From Octopus vulgaris (taxonomy: Eukaryota): DNA of 64,000 nucleotides. The stretch covers positions 56,916,001 through 56,980,000 of the forward strand of contig OX597829.1 in the NCBI GenBank assembly GCA_951406725.2, in the 5' to 3' direction. Numbering within the stretch: position 1 is the first letter of the stretch; every line of letters starts with the position of its first letter. The notes under the pieces were generated by a model. The model was not told the origin of the DNA, made no database searches, and saw only the letters and a program-made list of their open reading frames with translations. The position numbers were made by a program, and so were the translations under genes. Positions 62,939 to 64,000 of the stretch are shown in pieces.

Positions 62939-64000
62939 GTAAGCGTAGTAATGATAGTGGAAGAGGGGGGGTGGGGTGGGTGGGTGAAAGGCACCAACAA
63001 CATTTACATCCTGGCAATTGTACAATCAGTTTTCATATGGTGAAACTTTCCCAAAGTAAGCAGTAATTACAAATCTCATAGTCCTAATTCACAGTGGGAG
63101 TAACAAAAATATTCTCGGCATTGATCGCAGTTTTGTCAGAAATCAATAAAATTTCTTCAGAAACCAAGAATAGATTCAAGAATTTCTTCCATTTTTGTTT
63201 ATTGTGTTATTATTATTATTATTATTATTTGTTGAAAATATGAAAAACACGAAACATGATCTTATAACCGAAGAAGATTAATGGGATGCAGTGACATTCA
63301 TGTGTTCCTGTATCATGTTTTCTGAGATTAGCACCAGATTCATATAAATCTATTGATGACATCATAGCTGACTGAATGGGTACCAGGACACTACCGGAAC
63401 AATGAGGGAACCTCCATATGGCTCACGACCAGCTAGAAACAGCAGCTAAATCTCTCTTTCACATCACTCTGAACATAAAAAAGAAAAAAGATACATTGGT
63501 TGTTGTAATCCGAGACACTCTAAAAAAGACGGAATGATTGAAGACGGAATACGTTTGATCAAAATTCTATCAGATCATTGGTCACCTGGCTGTGTGACTA
63601 TGTAATTTAACATTTGATCCTACATGGCAGCAGAGGTCTTCTGGCAGTCTCAGGTTAACCAAAATATTGTCAATAGAATTTGGTAGACAGGTGACAGGTG
63701 ACAGGTGCTAATTCACTACCCAGTTTAACAACACAATCTGATTATTGGAAGCCTTTAGTTGAGCAAGTATTTGGACTATGTCTTTGGTTTGGGAATAAGT
63801 TTTTTCCTTTTCTCCTGTAAATTCTTGGAGGCTCCACTAAAGGACTATGAATGCCATCACTTATCCTCTAAGTCATAAAAAAAAAAAATCCTAGTGAGAT
63901 AAACAGCAGCACCAGGACTGGTAGGATTTGAACTCAAAATATAGAGAGAGATGAGAGTAAACATTTGACGGCTCAACCATTTGTGTCCCTCAATTATCTT

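Overview
Eukaryotic, AT-rich, repeat-dense genomic DNA. It is most likely an octopus or other cephalopod, inferred from the style of the SINE, RTE-LINE and microsatellite landscape. The backbone is one long intron-rich gene on the minus strand encoding a HEAT-repeat protein that I recognise as PPP4R4 (PP4 regulatory subunit 4). I assembled 23 exons by hand from 52154 down to about 684. All have GT-AG boundaries and consistent phases, giving about 880 aa, including an S/K/P-rich tail and a poly-Thr exon. The N-terminal exon(s) are uncertain. The introns hold decayed RTE-clade LINEs (some with a PHD-like Cys cluster inside the RT region), CR1-like and R4/Dong-like LINE ends, at least two SINE families, and piggyBac-like (TTAA), mariner, pogo and hAT MITEs. 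They also hold several long palindromes, a CpG-decayed 5S rRNA copy abutting a SINE, and a tRNA-Arg(ACG) pseudogene. Most ORFs in the supplied track are spurious. I found no prokaryotic-type system or CRISPR array, and no clearly novel multi-gene system can be supported. The most notable items are listed as findings.
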